A stretch of 64,000 nt of DNA. Source: Candidatus Parcubacteria bacterium. GTDB taxonomy: Bacteria; Patescibacteriota; Patescibacteriia; CAIXNZ01. Within the stretch, counting starts at the first letter, position 1. The number at the start of each line of letters is the position of its first letter. The notes under the pieces are model-generated. The model was not told where the DNA came from, ran no database searches, and saw only the letters and a program-made list of their open reading frames with translations. Positions 9,020 through 18,897 of the stretch are shown piece after piece. Location: assembly GCA_026395685.1 (NCBI GenBank), contig JAPLYG010000006.1, positions 4,943 to 68,942 on the forward strand, in the 5' to 3' direction. Both the position numbers and the translations under genes were made by a program.

Positions 9020-9841
9020 ATGAAGAAAGCCATGATCGCTGTGTTCTGCCTGATGTTCGCCCTGTTCGCCAACGCCTGCATGTATGCCGGCGATGAAGGC
9101 GACAACAACAACAACATCACCATCAACGACGGCGATACCGTCGTCTACGAGACCGGCGCCCTGTACCACTTCACGGCCTACGCGGCCTATGGACAGGATG
9201 CCTGGCTCCAGATCCAGAACCTCGAAACCGACGAGTGGAACAGCGAGCTCATCACCGTAACGACCGAGACCATGTACCGATTCCTGGAACCGGGCGAGTA
9301 CCGGATCTGGATTTCGGGCGTCAATGGCGCTTTCGACTGGTACGGCCACATTTCCGTCCAGGAAAACGTGGTCACCGACGTCTACGCTGAGTTTCACGAG
9401 TACACCATGGTCAACATCTGGATGGCCAGCAACGCCAGCACGCCGAGCGGTATGAGTCCGATCGGCAACTATACCCAGGTGTTGAAGTTCGACCTGGCTC
9501 ACGACTACCCGGAAGCCATCTCGATTAACGACCTAGGATTTACCCTTTGGGCAAGTCCCACAGTCGTCATCGAAAGCGCAACCCTCTGGGTCGTCCGCGA
9601 AAACGGCTGGGAAGAGGTTGCGACCTCCGTGAATCTGGGAGATAACTTCTTCTACCTGGATCTCGGAAGGTTTGTCCCTCTTTATCCCGGCGTGACGCAG
9701 TTCATGCTCACCGCCGAGATCACCGGGGCTTATAACGGCGATGTTCTGCAGGCCGAAATGACGATGGCCGGCTACACCCCCGACATCTTCACCAGAGGCA
9801 ACTTCCAGTCCTTCGCCATCGGCAACATTCTCACCTTCTAA
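9020..9841 (+). CDS. Lipoprotein, family member 2. GC-rich. Hypothetical.
   Basis: Lipobox LFANAC. AAAGGAG Shine-Dalgarno sequence. GC is roughly 58%. Ends at the shared terminator. Confidence 0.6.
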   Translation: MKKAMIAVFCLMFALFANACMYAGDEGDNNNNITINDGDTVVYETGALYHFTAYAAYGQDAWLQIQNLETDEWNSELITVTTETMYRFLEPGEYRIWISGVNGAFDWYGHISVQENVVTDVYAEFHEYTMVNIWMASNASTPSGMSPIGNYTQVLKFDLAHDYPEAISINDLGFTLWASPTVVIESATLWVVRENGWEEVATSVNLGDNFFYLDLGRFVPLYPGVTQFMLTAEITGAYNGDVLQAEMTMAGYTPDIFTRGNFQSFAIGNILTF

Positions 9842-9854
9842 ACAAACCCGCACA

Positions 9855-9887
9855 GGGCGCGAATACAACATCGCGCCCTTTTTTTTA
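9855..9887 (+). terminator. Rho-independent terminator, shared hairpin
   Basis: gggcgcgaatacaacatcgcgccc followed by T9. Confidence 0.8.
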
Positions 9888-10143
9888 TTCGTTAAACGAT
9901 ATTTGGTACCTGCCTGTCGGCAGGTCGAAGTTCGTTACGTTTTTAGTCAATCGTTTTTTTGTCACTTTTAACGTTAACCTATTAACGTAACGGAAAACGA
10001 ATCTAATCTTAGCCATTGACTTATCCTTCTAAATATTCTATATTTATATATAACTGTTTTTTGAAAAAATTAGCCTTGGGCTATAAAGATAGATGGAACA
10101 AAGCAATGAATAAAAACCCTCAGATGAAAACAAGGAGCTTCAG

Positions 10144-11601
10144 ATGAAGAAACTAATTTTGACGGTTCTTATCACGATTACGTTTTTTGCGGCTTCGTGT
10201 ACCTACAACTATAATGATAACAATTCCTACCTAAAGGACAGCAAGATCAACATTACTCTGTCCAACGATTCACCGACTGATGAAATTCCGCTTGGGGATC
10301 AGGTTCTGGCAGTTTTTCTGGTTAACACTAAAAACGCTGCTCAAATCCATGGATTGGAGCTGGATATCACAGACAACTACGACGACCCGCTGGATTTACA
10401 GTTCGTGAATTCCCTCTGGATTGAAGATGGCAATGGCAATCTCATCTATGAAGCCCAGAATATCAGTGACGGTTTTGACTTCTGGGGAGTATATAATATC
10501 CCTATCGGCGAGTCTGCCATCATAGTCAAGGGGCATATTACCTTTGGCGAGGACTATAACTCTCAGTGGAGTCCTCGGCCAGAATTCCAGGTGCTGGTCA
10601 ACGGCATCTATGGATCCGAAAAGATCTTACCCCTGTTTGGTCTGGCTAGTAATGCGATGATCCCCAAATTTCAGGGAATAACTTCGGTGTTTTCAGAATT
10701 AACTTCAGATTCCCCAATAGGTGATCTGGCACCGGGACAGGAAATTACTCTCTTTAAATTTAAACTTTGGACTGAAAATGGGAGCTACCTCTTCTGGGAT
10801 CCATTCTTTACTTTTACCAATTTCAATGGCCAATTGACTAATTGTTTTCTTCTGGACGAACAGGGTAACAAACTGAATGATACTTTTAGCATTGATTCGG
10901 TAACTAACCATATAAAATTGGGAAGAAATGATTCGGAAACACCCTGGGCATTAATTACCGCTTCAGGACAAACTTTTGCCCTCAGTTGCGACGTTTCGAC
11001 AAATAGCCCCAGCGAATACCTCAATTTTGGCCTTGCTGGAGCTAAATGGGAATCTGCCGATATTAACAACTGGCTATCAATACCGACGGAATATGCACAA
11101 GGTAACACCTTACACGTCGTGCAAGATCGAAAAATTTTTTTCAATCTTGCTGCTGATACCCCTCAACAAATTTTACCCGGCAATACTGTAACTATAATGA
11201 AGTTCTCAGTATATACCGGGTTCGGCGATATAAAGTTGTACTTGCTCGAATTTGCCTATAGTAATTACCAGGCTGGCAGTTTTTCTAACTGTAGGGTCCA
11301 AGACGAAAACGGCCAAAAAATAAACAAATTCGTCAATGGTTTTCGCCCACCCGGGACTAATATAATATACGAGGCTTATTTTTTTGGTCCTTCAACTGGC
11401 GTTTACCCTGGAGACAGTTATCCATTTACGATGATAACACCACAAGCAAAAACTTTCTTTTTATCGTGCAATATGGGCAACTTACCAGGGTATTCAACTA
11501 ACGTTGACCTTTCATTTATAAACTATTACTTCAGGACGGATTTGAATTATGAAATTTTCCCTCCAACTAATCCGATTCTGACAACCACAGTCCACCAGTG
11601 A
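10144..11601 (+). CDS. Lipoprotein, family member 3. It contains an internally duplicated domain. Hypothetical.
   Basis: Lipobox FAASC. Internal repeats FKFKLWTENGSYLFW...NCFLLDEQGNKLND and MKFSVYTGFGDIKLY...NCRVQDENGQKINK. Ends at the shared terminator. Confidence 0.6.
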   Translation: MKKLILTVLITITFFAASCTYNYNDNNSYLKDSKINITLSNDSPTDEIPLGDQVLAVFLVNTKNAAQIHGLELDITDNYDDPLDLQFVNSLWIEDGNGNLIYEAQNISDGFDFWGVYNIPIGESAIIVKGHITFGEDYNSQWSPRPEFQVLVNGIYGSEKILPLFGLASNAMIPKFQGITSVFSELTSDSPIGDLAPGQEITLFKFKLWTENGSYLFWDPFFTFTNFNGQLTNCFLLDEQGNKLNDTFSIDSVTNHIKLGRNDSETPWALITASGQTFALSCDVSTNSPSEYLNFGLAGAKWESADINNWLSIPTEYAQGNTLHVVQDRKIFFNLAADTPQQILPGNTVTIMKFSVYTGFGDIKLYLLEFAYSNYQAGSFSNCRVQDENGQKINKFVNGFRPPGTNIIYEAYFFGPSTGVYPGDSYPFTMITPQAKTFFLSCNMGNLPGYSTNVDLSFINYYFRTDLNYEIFPPTNPILTTTVHQ

Positions 11602-11625
11602 TCGAGGACAATCCCACAACCGCAT

Positions 11626-11655
11626 GGGCGCGAATACAACATCGCGCCCTTTTTT
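11626..11655 (+). terminator. Rho-independent terminator, shared hairpin
   Basis: gggcgcgaatacaacatcgcgccc followed by T6. Confidence 0.8.
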
Positions 11656-11762
11656 ATTTGGTGAACAGTGAAAAGGTAAAGATGCTGGTAGGTGGGAGGA
11701 GTAAGGGTAATGTCAATAAAGACCCGATACCTTACCATGTCACTTACTAGCATCCTAACCAA
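11650..11762. repeat. Family H hairpin element, copy 4
   Basis: ggtgaacagtgaaaaggtaaagatgctggtaggtg...cacttactagcatcctaacc. Confidence 0.5.
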
Positions 11763-11808
11763 AACACTTTACCTTTTGATTTACCGAAATAACTGCTAAA
11801 ATATAATC

Positions 11809-12312
11809 ATGAAAATGGCCATCGTCTCCGACTCCCACGATAACCTGCCTAATATTAAAAAGGCAATCAATTATATTAATAAACAAAAAATCTCCGTAAT
11901 GATCCATTGCGGTGATGTTTGCGCTCCGGTTATTTTGGGCGAATTTGCCAAGCTTTTCAAGGGCAAAGAAATTCATGTAGCTAAGGGAAATGTTGACGGC
12001 GATATTGAAGGCTTTAAAGCAATGGCAAGAAAATATCCCAAAATAATTTATCACGGCAATACGGGAAAAGTGGACATTGACAAGCTCTCAATTACTTTTT
12101 GCCACGAACCGTTTTTAGCCAAGAAAATGGCAGAATCTCAAAAATATGATTTTGTTTTTCACGGGCATACGCATAAGCCCTGGCAGGAAAAAGTCGGCAA
12201 AACGACAATTTTAAATCCCGGGACATTGGCAGGGCTTTTTAATAAAGCGACTTTTGCCATATTTGATACTGAGACAAAAAAAGCCCAACTTATTCTTTTG
12301 GAACAAATCTAA
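11809..12312 (+). CDS. Metallophosphoesterase of the YfcE/MJ0936 family
   Basis: The motifs DSHDN, HCGD, GNVDG and GHTHKP are in the order expected for the calcineurin-like phosphoesterase fold. Confidence 0.75.
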   Translation: MKMAIVSDSHDNLPNIKKAINYINKQKISVMIHCGDVCAPVILGEFAKLFKGKEIHVAKGNVDGDIEGFKAMARKYPKIIYHGNTGKVDIDKLSITFCHEPFLAKKMAESQKYDFVFHGHTHKPWQEKVGKTTILNPGTLAGLFNKATFAIFDTETKKAQLILLEQI

Positions 12313-12382
12313 AACACTATTCAATTTTATATAAAATAAAGAGGGCTCTCTTGAGTCCTCTTTTTGTTATAAGGTAGAAAAA

Positions 12383-12622
12383 TTATCCTGAAATTTCAAG
12401 ATCGCAGCTTTCTACCAATGCGCGACAATTAAACAAAAGCTTGCACTTGGGACAAAATACGCTGTAAATATCCTTCCTTTTCAACTCCTTCTTACAGCAA
12501 GGACAGGGAATCAGTACCGCCTTTTCCTGATAGGCGGCGAGCTCCGAAGTAAGCGCCTGTAAATCTTTTAACCTTTGTGTCGGGCACTGGGGTTCTCTAC
12601 CAGAGCTATTTTTTTTTGTCAT
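12383..12622 (-). CDS. Small zinc-ribbon-like protein. Hypothetical.
   Basis: Cys pairs CP...CPCC...CPKC. AGGAGGG Shine-Dalgarno sequence ahead of the ATG at 12620-12622. Confidence 0.4.
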   Translation of the reverse strand: MTKKNSSGREPQCPTQRLKDLQALTSELAAYQEKAVLIPCPCCKKELKRKDIYSVFCPKCKLLFNCRALVESCDLEISG

Positions 12623-12711
12623 TATTGGCCCTCCTTGACCTTTAAAGTTTTTTTTAAACACCCTGATTTGCTATAATAAAGAATATACATAATTCAATAA
12701 TTTTACAACTT

Positions 12712-13164
12712 ATGGAAAATATCCTAATAATCACCGGACAGCTTATATTAGCCGTTATTTTGGGCGGAATCATCGGGATTGAAAGAGAACGCATTGGCAA
12801 ACCAGCCGGCTCTCGCACTTATGCCTTGATCGCGATGGGCTCTACTTTATTAACAATCCTATCAATTCAGGGTTTCAGTAGTTATGCCAATTTTACACCC
12901 ACGGCATTAATTTCTCCCATTATTACCGGCTTAGGCTTTTTAGGCGCCGGGGTAATTATTTTCCACAAAGAGAAACTAGAGGGACTCACAACTGCCGCTG
13001 CCCTTTGGGCCATAGCCTCAGTTGGCATTGCCATTGGAATAGGGTGGTATTTAATTGCTGTTATTGCGGCAGCTTTAATTTTCCTTATCCTTTATATTGT
13101 CAGAAAAATCGAATTCAACGCTAAAAAGAAAAATACTCTCTGGGATTTATTTGACCGCAAATAA
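12712..13164 (+). CDS. MgtC/SapB family membrane protein
   Basis: ILAVILGGIIGIERE...R.YAL is the MgtC N-terminal signature. Four to five TM helices. Confidence 0.75.
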   Translation: MENILIITGQLILAVILGGIIGIERERIGKPAGSRTYALIAMGSTLLTILSIQGFSSYANFTPTALISPIITGLGFLGAGVIIFHKEKLEGLTTAAALWAIASVGIAIGIGWYLIAVIAAALIFLILYIVRKIEFNAKKKNTLWDLFDRK

Positions 13165-13184
13165 AAGCAGCCTGCTCTTAGCTT

Positions 13185-13787
13185 ATGATTATTAATCTTA
13201 ATCAACAAAACCCGGAACCGAAAAAAATTGAACAAATTGTTACTGTCCTGAAAAACGGCGGTATTGTTGTATATCCGACTGATACCATTTATGGTTTAGG
13301 CTGCGATATTTTCAATAAACCTGCCATAGAAAAAATTTATCGCTTTAAAAAACGGGAGGGGAAAAAGCCGCTGAGCATCATGTGCGCTGATATAAAGGAT
13401 ATCAGTAAATATGCCCTTATCCCTGATTATGCTTTTGTCCTATTAAAAAGATATTTGCCCGGACCTTACACTTTTATATTAAAAGCTAAAAATTCTATGC
13501 CGGGGAGTTTTTTATCAAAAAATAAAACTGTTGGCGTGCGTATTCCTGCCAATACTATATGCTTAGAAATAATTAAAGCCTTGGGCTCGCCAATTATTAC
13601 CACCAGCCTGAACCTTTCAGGAGAGCCGGTGCTAAGCTCGCCCTCACAGCTAAATAAAGAGGTGAAAAATCAAATTGATCTGATTATTGACCAGGGGAGT
13701 TTGCCGCAAATTGCCTCCACCATAGTTGATTTAACAGCTGACCCGCCGAAAATTTTACGTCAAGGCAGCGGCGAATTTGCCCTTTAA
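13185..13787 (+). CDS. tsaC: L-threonylcarbamoyladenylate synthase (TsaC/YrdC/Sua5 family)
   Basis: The motifs VVYPTDTIYGLGCD and KKPLSIMC are the YrdC-fold signature. Confidence 0.8.
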   Translation: MIINLNQQNPEPKKIEQIVTVLKNGGIVVYPTDTIYGLGCDIFNKPAIEKIYRFKKREGKKPLSIMCADIKDISKYALIPDYAFVLLKRYLPGPYTFILKAKNSMPGSFLSKNKTVGVRIPANTICLEIIKALGSPIITTSLNLSGEPVLSSPSQLNKEVKNQIDLIIDQGSLPQIASTIVDLTADPPKILRQGSGEFAL

Positions 13788-13824
13788 CTCTAAATTTAGA
13801 TTTTTAAACTTTAATATAATTTAC

Positions 13825-14097
13825 ATGAAAAAAACTATTCTAATTTTACTCCTCCTAATTTTATTAGTTATTTTTATTGCCTTCGCCGTCTCTACTATCT
13901 TTTTCCCGGAGAAAAAAATGCGCTACAATGACTGTGTTTTAATGCAAAACAAAAAAACGCTGGCTGTTGACTGCTTCGGCTGCGCCAATAATGTCTGCAA
14001 AGATGCTTCTCTTGACTGGGAGATCTATGCCGCGCCTGAAATCGGCATCCCCTATGCCTGTGAACAAACCCAAGCCGGCTGTAAATTGGTGCAATAA
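13825..14097 (+). CDS. Small secreted Cys-rich protein. Hypothetical.
   Basis: Signal peptide MKKTILILLLLILLVIFIAFA and six Cys. Start taken at the ATG at 13825. Confidence 0.45.
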   Translation: MKKTILILLLLILLVIFIAFAVSTIFFPEKKMRYNDCVLMQNKKTLAVDCFGCANNVCKDASLDWEIYAAPEIGIPYACEQTQAGCKLVQ

Positions 14098-14116
14098 AGT
14101 TAATTCTGTTACTTAT

Positions 14117-14341
14117 ATGCCCATCTTAAAAATAAGAGTTATTCCTAATTCTAAGATTAATAAAATAGTAAAACAGGAAGATAACTATCTAAAGATAAAG
14201 CTGTCCGCGCCTGCTCATGAAGGTAAGGCAAATAAAGCTTTAATTAAATTTTTAAGCCAGTATTTTAAAGTAGCAAAAAATAAAATAACCCTAATTTCTG
14301 GTGAAAAATCTCACGAAAAGATTGTCAGGATCGAGGATTGA
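14117..14341 (+). CDS. DUF167/YggU (UPF0235) family protein
   Basis: ILKIRVIPNSK...IKLSAPAHEGKANKALIKFLS is the YggU signature. It was trimmed to the ATG at 14117 so that it does not overlap the upstream gene. Confidence 0.7.
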   Translation: MPILKIRVIPNSKINKIVKQEDNYLKIKLSAPAHEGKANKALIKFLSQYFKVAKNKITLISGEKSHEKIVRIED

Positions 14342-14426
14342 CAAATTCCTAAAATTGATCTATGCTTTAATATTGCAGTATAGGATATCAAGACTAGGCA
14401 AACGAAAAACAAGGGAGGGAAAAAAC

Positions 14427-14906
14427 GTGAAAAGGACAGGCTTTTTGGTGTTGCTGCTTTGCTTGGTTGCCTCAATCAGCCAAAGCGAGACAAAACCCCA
14501 GCCTAAGCTGAAATCTTACCAGAGCCAAAAATTCGGCTTTATCGTCTCTGTTCCCGAAACCTGGAAAATTGATCCTGATGAAGCCAATGCTTATTATGCT
14601 CTTTATTCTCCTGAGGCCTTTACAGGCGCACATAATCGGTTAGATCTGACTTCAGGCATTAAAATAGAGATTCTTCCCCACAGTAATGAAGAACTGGAAA
14701 ATTTTTTTAGCCGCAATGATCTGCAACCGATACCCAATACGCCCAACCAGTACTATTTCCGGGATGCTGACTACTACTACCTTTTCACGGTTATTAAGGG
14801 ATCTCCCTGGAATTTTGTTATAATCGGGTACTTCCCTGAGAAGAAAAAAGAGGCCGAATACTTGCCTCTCTACCAACAGGTGATTAAGTCCTTTACTCTT
14901 ATTTAG
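14427..14906 (+). CDS. Secreted protein. Hypothetical.
   Basis: GTG start at 14427 preceded by GGGAGGG. Signal peptide VKRTGFLVLLLCLVASISQS. Confidence 0.45.
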   Translation: MKRTGFLVLLLCLVASISQSETKPQPKLKSYQSQKFGFIVSVPETWKIDPDEANAYYALYSPEAFTGAHNRLDLTSGIKIEILPHSNEELENFFSRNDLQPIPNTPNQYYFRDADYYYLFTVIKGSPWNFVIIGYFPEKKKEAEYLPLYQQVIKSFTLI

Positions 14907-14944
14907 CCCCATCAATCACGTCGCAACCTTGCGCCGTGATTTTT

Positions 14945-15211
14945 TTATAGCAAAGGATCATGACCGCCCTTAGACAAGGGATTGCAGCGAATCACTCTTT
15001 TTAAACCTAGCCAGCAACCTTTAAAAATGCCATATTTATCAACGGCCTCATAAGTATATTGGCTGCAGCTGGGATAAAAACAACAGCCTAAAAAGGGAAA
15101 AATCCTGGCTAAAGGGCCGTGATCAAAAGAAAAAGTCTTTTGATAGCCGATGATTGCCAATAAGACTATATTCTTGAGGTTTGTTTTAATAAACACTAAA
15201 AAATTTTTCAT
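14945..15211 (-). CDS. yidD: Membrane protein insertion efficiency factor YidD
   Basis: The motif CRFYPSCSQY appears here as CCFYPSCSQYTYEA, a hallmark of YidD. Confidence 0.85.
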   Translation of the reverse strand: MKNFLVFIKTNLKNIVLLAIIGYQKTFSFDHGPLARIFPFLGCCFYPSCSQYTYEAVDKYGIFKGCWLGLKRVIRCNPLSKGGHDPLL

Positions 15212-15558
15212 AAAATTTTAGCTTTTTGCAGCAAGCGAGAAACAGATTCTTGTACTTCCTTATATGAGGCGGCCTGATCGTTTCTTATTAATTTAGGAGA
15301 AGCAAAAATAAGAAAATCAAAACCAGGCTTAAGCTGCGGCCAGATCAGGCGCACCACTTCTCTAATGCGACGCTTTAAAATATTTCGGCGTACGGCACTT
15401 TTACTTACTTTATTGGAGACAACGACAGAAAACCGGGAATGATCCTGGTTGTTTTCTTTGCACTTTAAAAGAAAGAGGGGGGAATAAAAAACCGACCCTT
15501 GCCTATTTACAGCACTAATATCTTTTTCTTTATTGAGGCGATATTGTTTTTTAAGCAT
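15208..15558 (-). CDS. rnpA: Ribonuclease P protein component
   Basis: A basic protein (RLNKEKD...RNILKRRIRE) in the conserved position next to rpmH. Confidence 0.85.
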   Translation of the reverse strand: MLKKQYRLNKEKDISAVNRQGSVFYSPLFLLKCKENNQDHSRFSVVVSNKVSKSAVRRNILKRRIREVVRLIWPQLKPGFDFLIFASPKLIRNDQAASYKEVQESVSRLLQKAKIL

Positions 15559-15602
15559 ATGCTAAAAAAATTCAGCGCTAACTTTGAAAGCAGCGCTGAA
15601 TT

Positions 15603-15765
15603 TCTATTTTTTACCTATTCCTTCTTTAGAAACCGTTAATTTACGACGTCCTTTAAATCTTCGTCTTTTTAAAACTAAGCGCCCTTTAGCACTTTTCATT
15701 CTGCGTCTAAACCCATGGGTCTTTGCGCGCTTTCTTTTCTTAGGCTGATAAGTTCGTTTAGGCAT
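15603..15765 (-). CDS. rpmH: 50S ribosomal protein L34
   Basis: [36 protein letters not shown]. It is under 60 aa, so it is absent from the ORF track. Coordinates are accurate to about 1 nt. Confidence 0.85.
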
Positions 15766-16052
15766 AATCAAATAGCTTAAAGATAATAAATTTGAGATTT
15801 AAGTTATCTTAGAGAAAATTTTCAAAGTTAGATCATAAATCCCTGAGCTTAAATCTGTTGAAATAATAGCACCTGCGGAAAAATTTGTCAAAACCAAAAA
15901 AGTGTATTAAGCTGTATCCACAGATTATTAACAGTCTATTCACTTTTGGCTCAATGCCTACATTCTTTATCCGCAGTTTATATGTTAAAATTTTGATATA
16001 CTAATTCTCTTTCCCTTTACCTTCGGGGGTAAATCAAAATAAAAAGGGTCTT
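15766..16052. other. rpmH-dnaA intergenic region with DnaA-box-like 9-mers (candidate oriC part)
   Basis: TGTATCCACA at 15913 and TTATCCGCA at 15967, each one mismatch from TTATCCACA. Confidence 0.35.
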
Positions 16053-17453
16053 ATGAATACTCTACAAATCTGGGAAGCTGTCTTAGGCGACCTGGAGCTC
16101 TCTCTCAGTAAAGCAAACTTTACAACCTGGTTTAAGGGAACTTTTATATTGGAAATGGATGACAAAAGCGTGACTATCGGCGTGCCTAATGCCTTTACTA
16201 AAAGCTGGCTGGAAAAGAAATACTCAGCTGACCTTTTAAAGGCTTTACGCAATATTACCGAAGTAACTTTACGCGAAATAAATTTCAAGGTAGCGTCCCT
16301 CAAAAAAGATTTCAACCAAAAAGAATATCCTGCTGATTCGGCAAAACAAACAACCGCGGGAGAAAAAGAGAAAAAGCAGGCCGAGCGCATTAATATTTCC
16401 CCGGCGCCGGCGCAGGCAATGGCTAATTCTTTTGGGCTAAACCCAAAATATACCTTTACTACTTTTGTGGTTGGCAAAAACAATGAGCTTGCCAGAGCTG
16501 CTTCTTTGGCCGTAGCGGCAAATCCGGGAGTAACTTATAATCCTCTTTTTCTTTATGGCGGAGCCGGCTTAGGAAAGACTCACCTTATTCAGGCAATAGG
16601 CAATGAAATTTTAAAAATAGAAGCCGATAAAAAAATTCTCTATATTACCTGCGAAAAATTCACCAATGACTTTATTAATTCTATAACTAATGGCAAAGCC
16701 TCCAATTTTAAAGATATTTACCGATCAGTGGATGTCTTGTTAATTGATGACATCCAATTTTTAGCGGGCAAAGAAGGTACTCAGGAGGAATTTTTCCATA
16801 CTTTTAATGCCCTCCATCAAAATAACAAACAGGTTGTCTTAACCTCTGACCGCCCGCCCAAATCAATTCCCGCCCTAGAAAACAGGCTTTTATCCCGTTT
16901 TGAATGGGGAATGATCGCAGACGTCTCCTTGCCCGATATGGAAACCAGGCTGGCTATTTTAGAAACCAAAGCTATTGAAAAAAACTATCAGATAGCAAAG
17001 GAAATCTTACATTATCTGGCTGTTAATATTGCCAGCAACATTCGGGAATTGGAAGGGGCTTTAAACAGAATTATTGCCTATCATCAACTAAATGCGATTG
17101 TGCCTACCTTGGAAAGCGTAAAAAAACTTTTGGCCGGTCTGACAACCAACTTACAAAAAAAGTCAGTTACTCCCAAAGATATTATTTATACTGTCTCCAA
17201 TTATTATGACGTGCAATTAGAGGATCTTTTAGGGGCTTCCCGCGAAAAAAAGCTGGTTACACCGAGACAAATCATTATGTTTTTAATGCGAGAAGAGATA
17301 AAGAGCTCTTTCCCCATGATTGGGCAGGAACTGGGAGGACGCGACCACACCACTGCCATGCATGCTGTTGAAAAAATAAGAAATGATTATGATAATGACG
17401 AAAAAACAAGAAGAGAAATTGAACAGCTCAGGCAAAGATTATACAATATTTAG
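16053..17453 (+). CDS. dnaA: Chromosomal replication initiator protein DnaA
   Basis: Walker A GGAGLGKTHL. Also LLIDDIQFL, the sensor and box VII region, and a C-terminal DNA-binding domain. Confidence 0.95.
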   Translation: MNTLQIWEAVLGDLELSLSKANFTTWFKGTFILEMDDKSVTIGVPNAFTKSWLEKKYSADLLKALRNITEVTLREINFKVASLKKDFNQKEYPADSAKQTTAGEKEKKQAERINISPAPAQAMANSFGLNPKYTFTTFVVGKNNELARAASLAVAANPGVTYNPLFLYGGAGLGKTHLIQAIGNEILKIEADKKILYITCEKFTNDFINSITNGKASNFKDIYRSVDVLLIDDIQFLAGKEGTQEEFFHTFNALHQNNKQVVLTSDRPPKSIPALENRLLSRFEWGMIADVSLPDMETRLAILETKAIEKNYQIAKEILHYLAVNIASNIRELEGALNRIIAYHQLNAIVPTLESVKKLLAGLTTNLQKKSVTPKDIIYTVSNYYDVQLEDLLGASREKKLVTPRQIIMFLMREEIKSSFPMIGQELGGRDHTTAMHAVEKIRNDYDNDEKTRREIEQLRQRLYNI

Positions 17454-17717
17454 GTGTGCACTGTTTGTTAATAAAAATGTTTATAAATTATAAACAGCCT
17501 GTGTAAAAAGTCAGCCCCTTAAAGCAACTAGTCTTTCGCAATTTATTTATACACCCTTTGTTAACATTTTTTTTCATTCTTTATTCCTAGTTTATCAACA
17601 GTAAGAATCTTAAAATTCATCGATAAATAAAAGGCTCGTACTCTTTTCCTTTCACTTATCCACTTCCTTATTACTATTATTATAAAATATATTATTTAAT
17701 AATTAATATAATACGAT
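17454..17717. other. dnaA-dnaN intergenic region: candidate oriC with an AT-rich unwinding element
   Basis: TTATCAACA at 17592 and TTATCCACT at 17656. A near-pure AT tract runs from 17670 to 17717. Confidence 0.4.
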
Positions 17718-18878
17718 ATGAAAATATCCTGTACTCAAGAAAATTTAAATCAGGGTTTAAATATAGTCTCCCATATAGCCAGTAAAAACACCTCCCTCCC
17801 GATTTTAAATAATGTTTTAATTAGAGCGGAAAAGGGTATTTTAAGTTTAATTACCACGAATCTTGAAATGGGGATCCAGTGTCAGGTTAGGGGTAAAATA
17901 GAAAAGGATGGCAGTTATACGGCAAACTCCAAACTGCTAAATGATTATATTAATTTATTGGGTAACCAAAAAGTTGAAATAGAATTAAAGGATGATAATT
18001 TGGAAATTACTTCTGAACAGCAAACCACTAAAATAAAGGGTAATAGTCCTGAAGAATTTCCACTTATTCCCAAAATTGAGAAAAAGAGCGCCTATAAATG
18101 CAAAGTCAATAAATTAATTGAGGCCTTTTCCCAGGTATTATTTGCCGTTTCCGTGTCTGAGACAAGACCTGAAATCTCGGGCGTATATTTAAGCTTTATT
18201 GATGATGTTTTAACTCTGGCGGCAACAGACAGCTATCGCTTAGCTGAAAAGCAGATCAAGCTGATAGAAAAAGTAACAGCAGAAAAAGATGTTATTATTC
18301 CCGCCAAGACCGCCCAGGAGCTGATGAGAATTTTATCCACTCTTTCCGTGGTTGAGGCGGAAGACGGTAAGGATGCAAGTGATTTGGTGGAAATATATTT
18401 TGAGGACAATCAGGTATTATTTGTTTTTGACAATGTAGAATTAGTGTCAAGAATAATTGAAGGCCAGTATCCCAATTACAAACAAATTATTCCGGCGAAC
18501 TTCAAGACAAAAGGAGTTGTTAATATTTCGGATTTTACCAAGGCAGTCAAAACAGCCTCCTTATTTTCCAGAACCGGAATTTTTGACATTAATTTGGAAT
18601 TCAAGGCAGGTAAGGTTATTATTTCTTCCACCAATAACCAGCTGGGGGAAAACAAGTCAAAATTAAACATTGCCGCGCAGGGGGATGATAATAAAGTTGT
18701 TATTAACTACCGTTATTTACTCGACGGCCTGCAAAACATCAACTCAACAGATGTTATTTATGAAATGATTGATGCCAATAATCCGTGCATTTTAAGGCCG
18801 GCTGAAAGTTTGAAGGATAACAAAGAGGCAATTGCTGCTCAGGATTATTTGTATATTATCATGCCGATTAAGCAGTAG
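17718..18878 (+). CDS. dnaN: DNA polymerase III beta sliding clamp
   Basis: 386 aa in the position immediately after dnaA. It has the three-domain pattern (LNQGLNIVSHIAS...). Confidence 0.9.
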   Translation: MKISCTQENLNQGLNIVSHIASKNTSLPILNNVLIRAEKGILSLITTNLEMGIQCQVRGKIEKDGSYTANSKLLNDYINLLGNQKVEIELKDDNLEITSEQQTTKIKGNSPEEFPLIPKIEKKSAYKCKVNKLIEAFSQVLFAVSVSETRPEISGVYLSFIDDVLTLAATDSYRLAEKQIKLIEKVTAEKDVIIPAKTAQELMRILSTLSVVEAEDGKDASDLVEIYFEDNQVLFVFDNVELVSRIIEGQYPNYKQIIPANFKTKGVVNISDFTKAVKTASLFSRTGIFDINLEFKAGKVIISSTNNQLGENKSKLNIAAQGDDNKVVINYRYLLDGLQNINSTDVIYEMIDANNPCILRPAESLKDNKEAIAAQDYLYIIMPIKQ

Positions 18879-18897
18879 AAGTTTGTTACAAAACAAT

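Noticed and set aside
8036-9871. Long antisense ORFs (8036-8446, 8942-9502, 9187-9375, 9533-9871) overlapping the GC-rich lipoprotein genes
   Set aside because: High GC lowers stop-codon frequency on every frame. The sense ORFs have signal peptides, Shine-Dalgarno sequences and terminators. The antisense ORFs have none.
13967-14117. N-terminal 50 codons of the tracked YggU ORF
   Set aside because: They overlap the preceding gene's C-terminus in another frame. The conserved YggU domain starts at the ATG at 14117.
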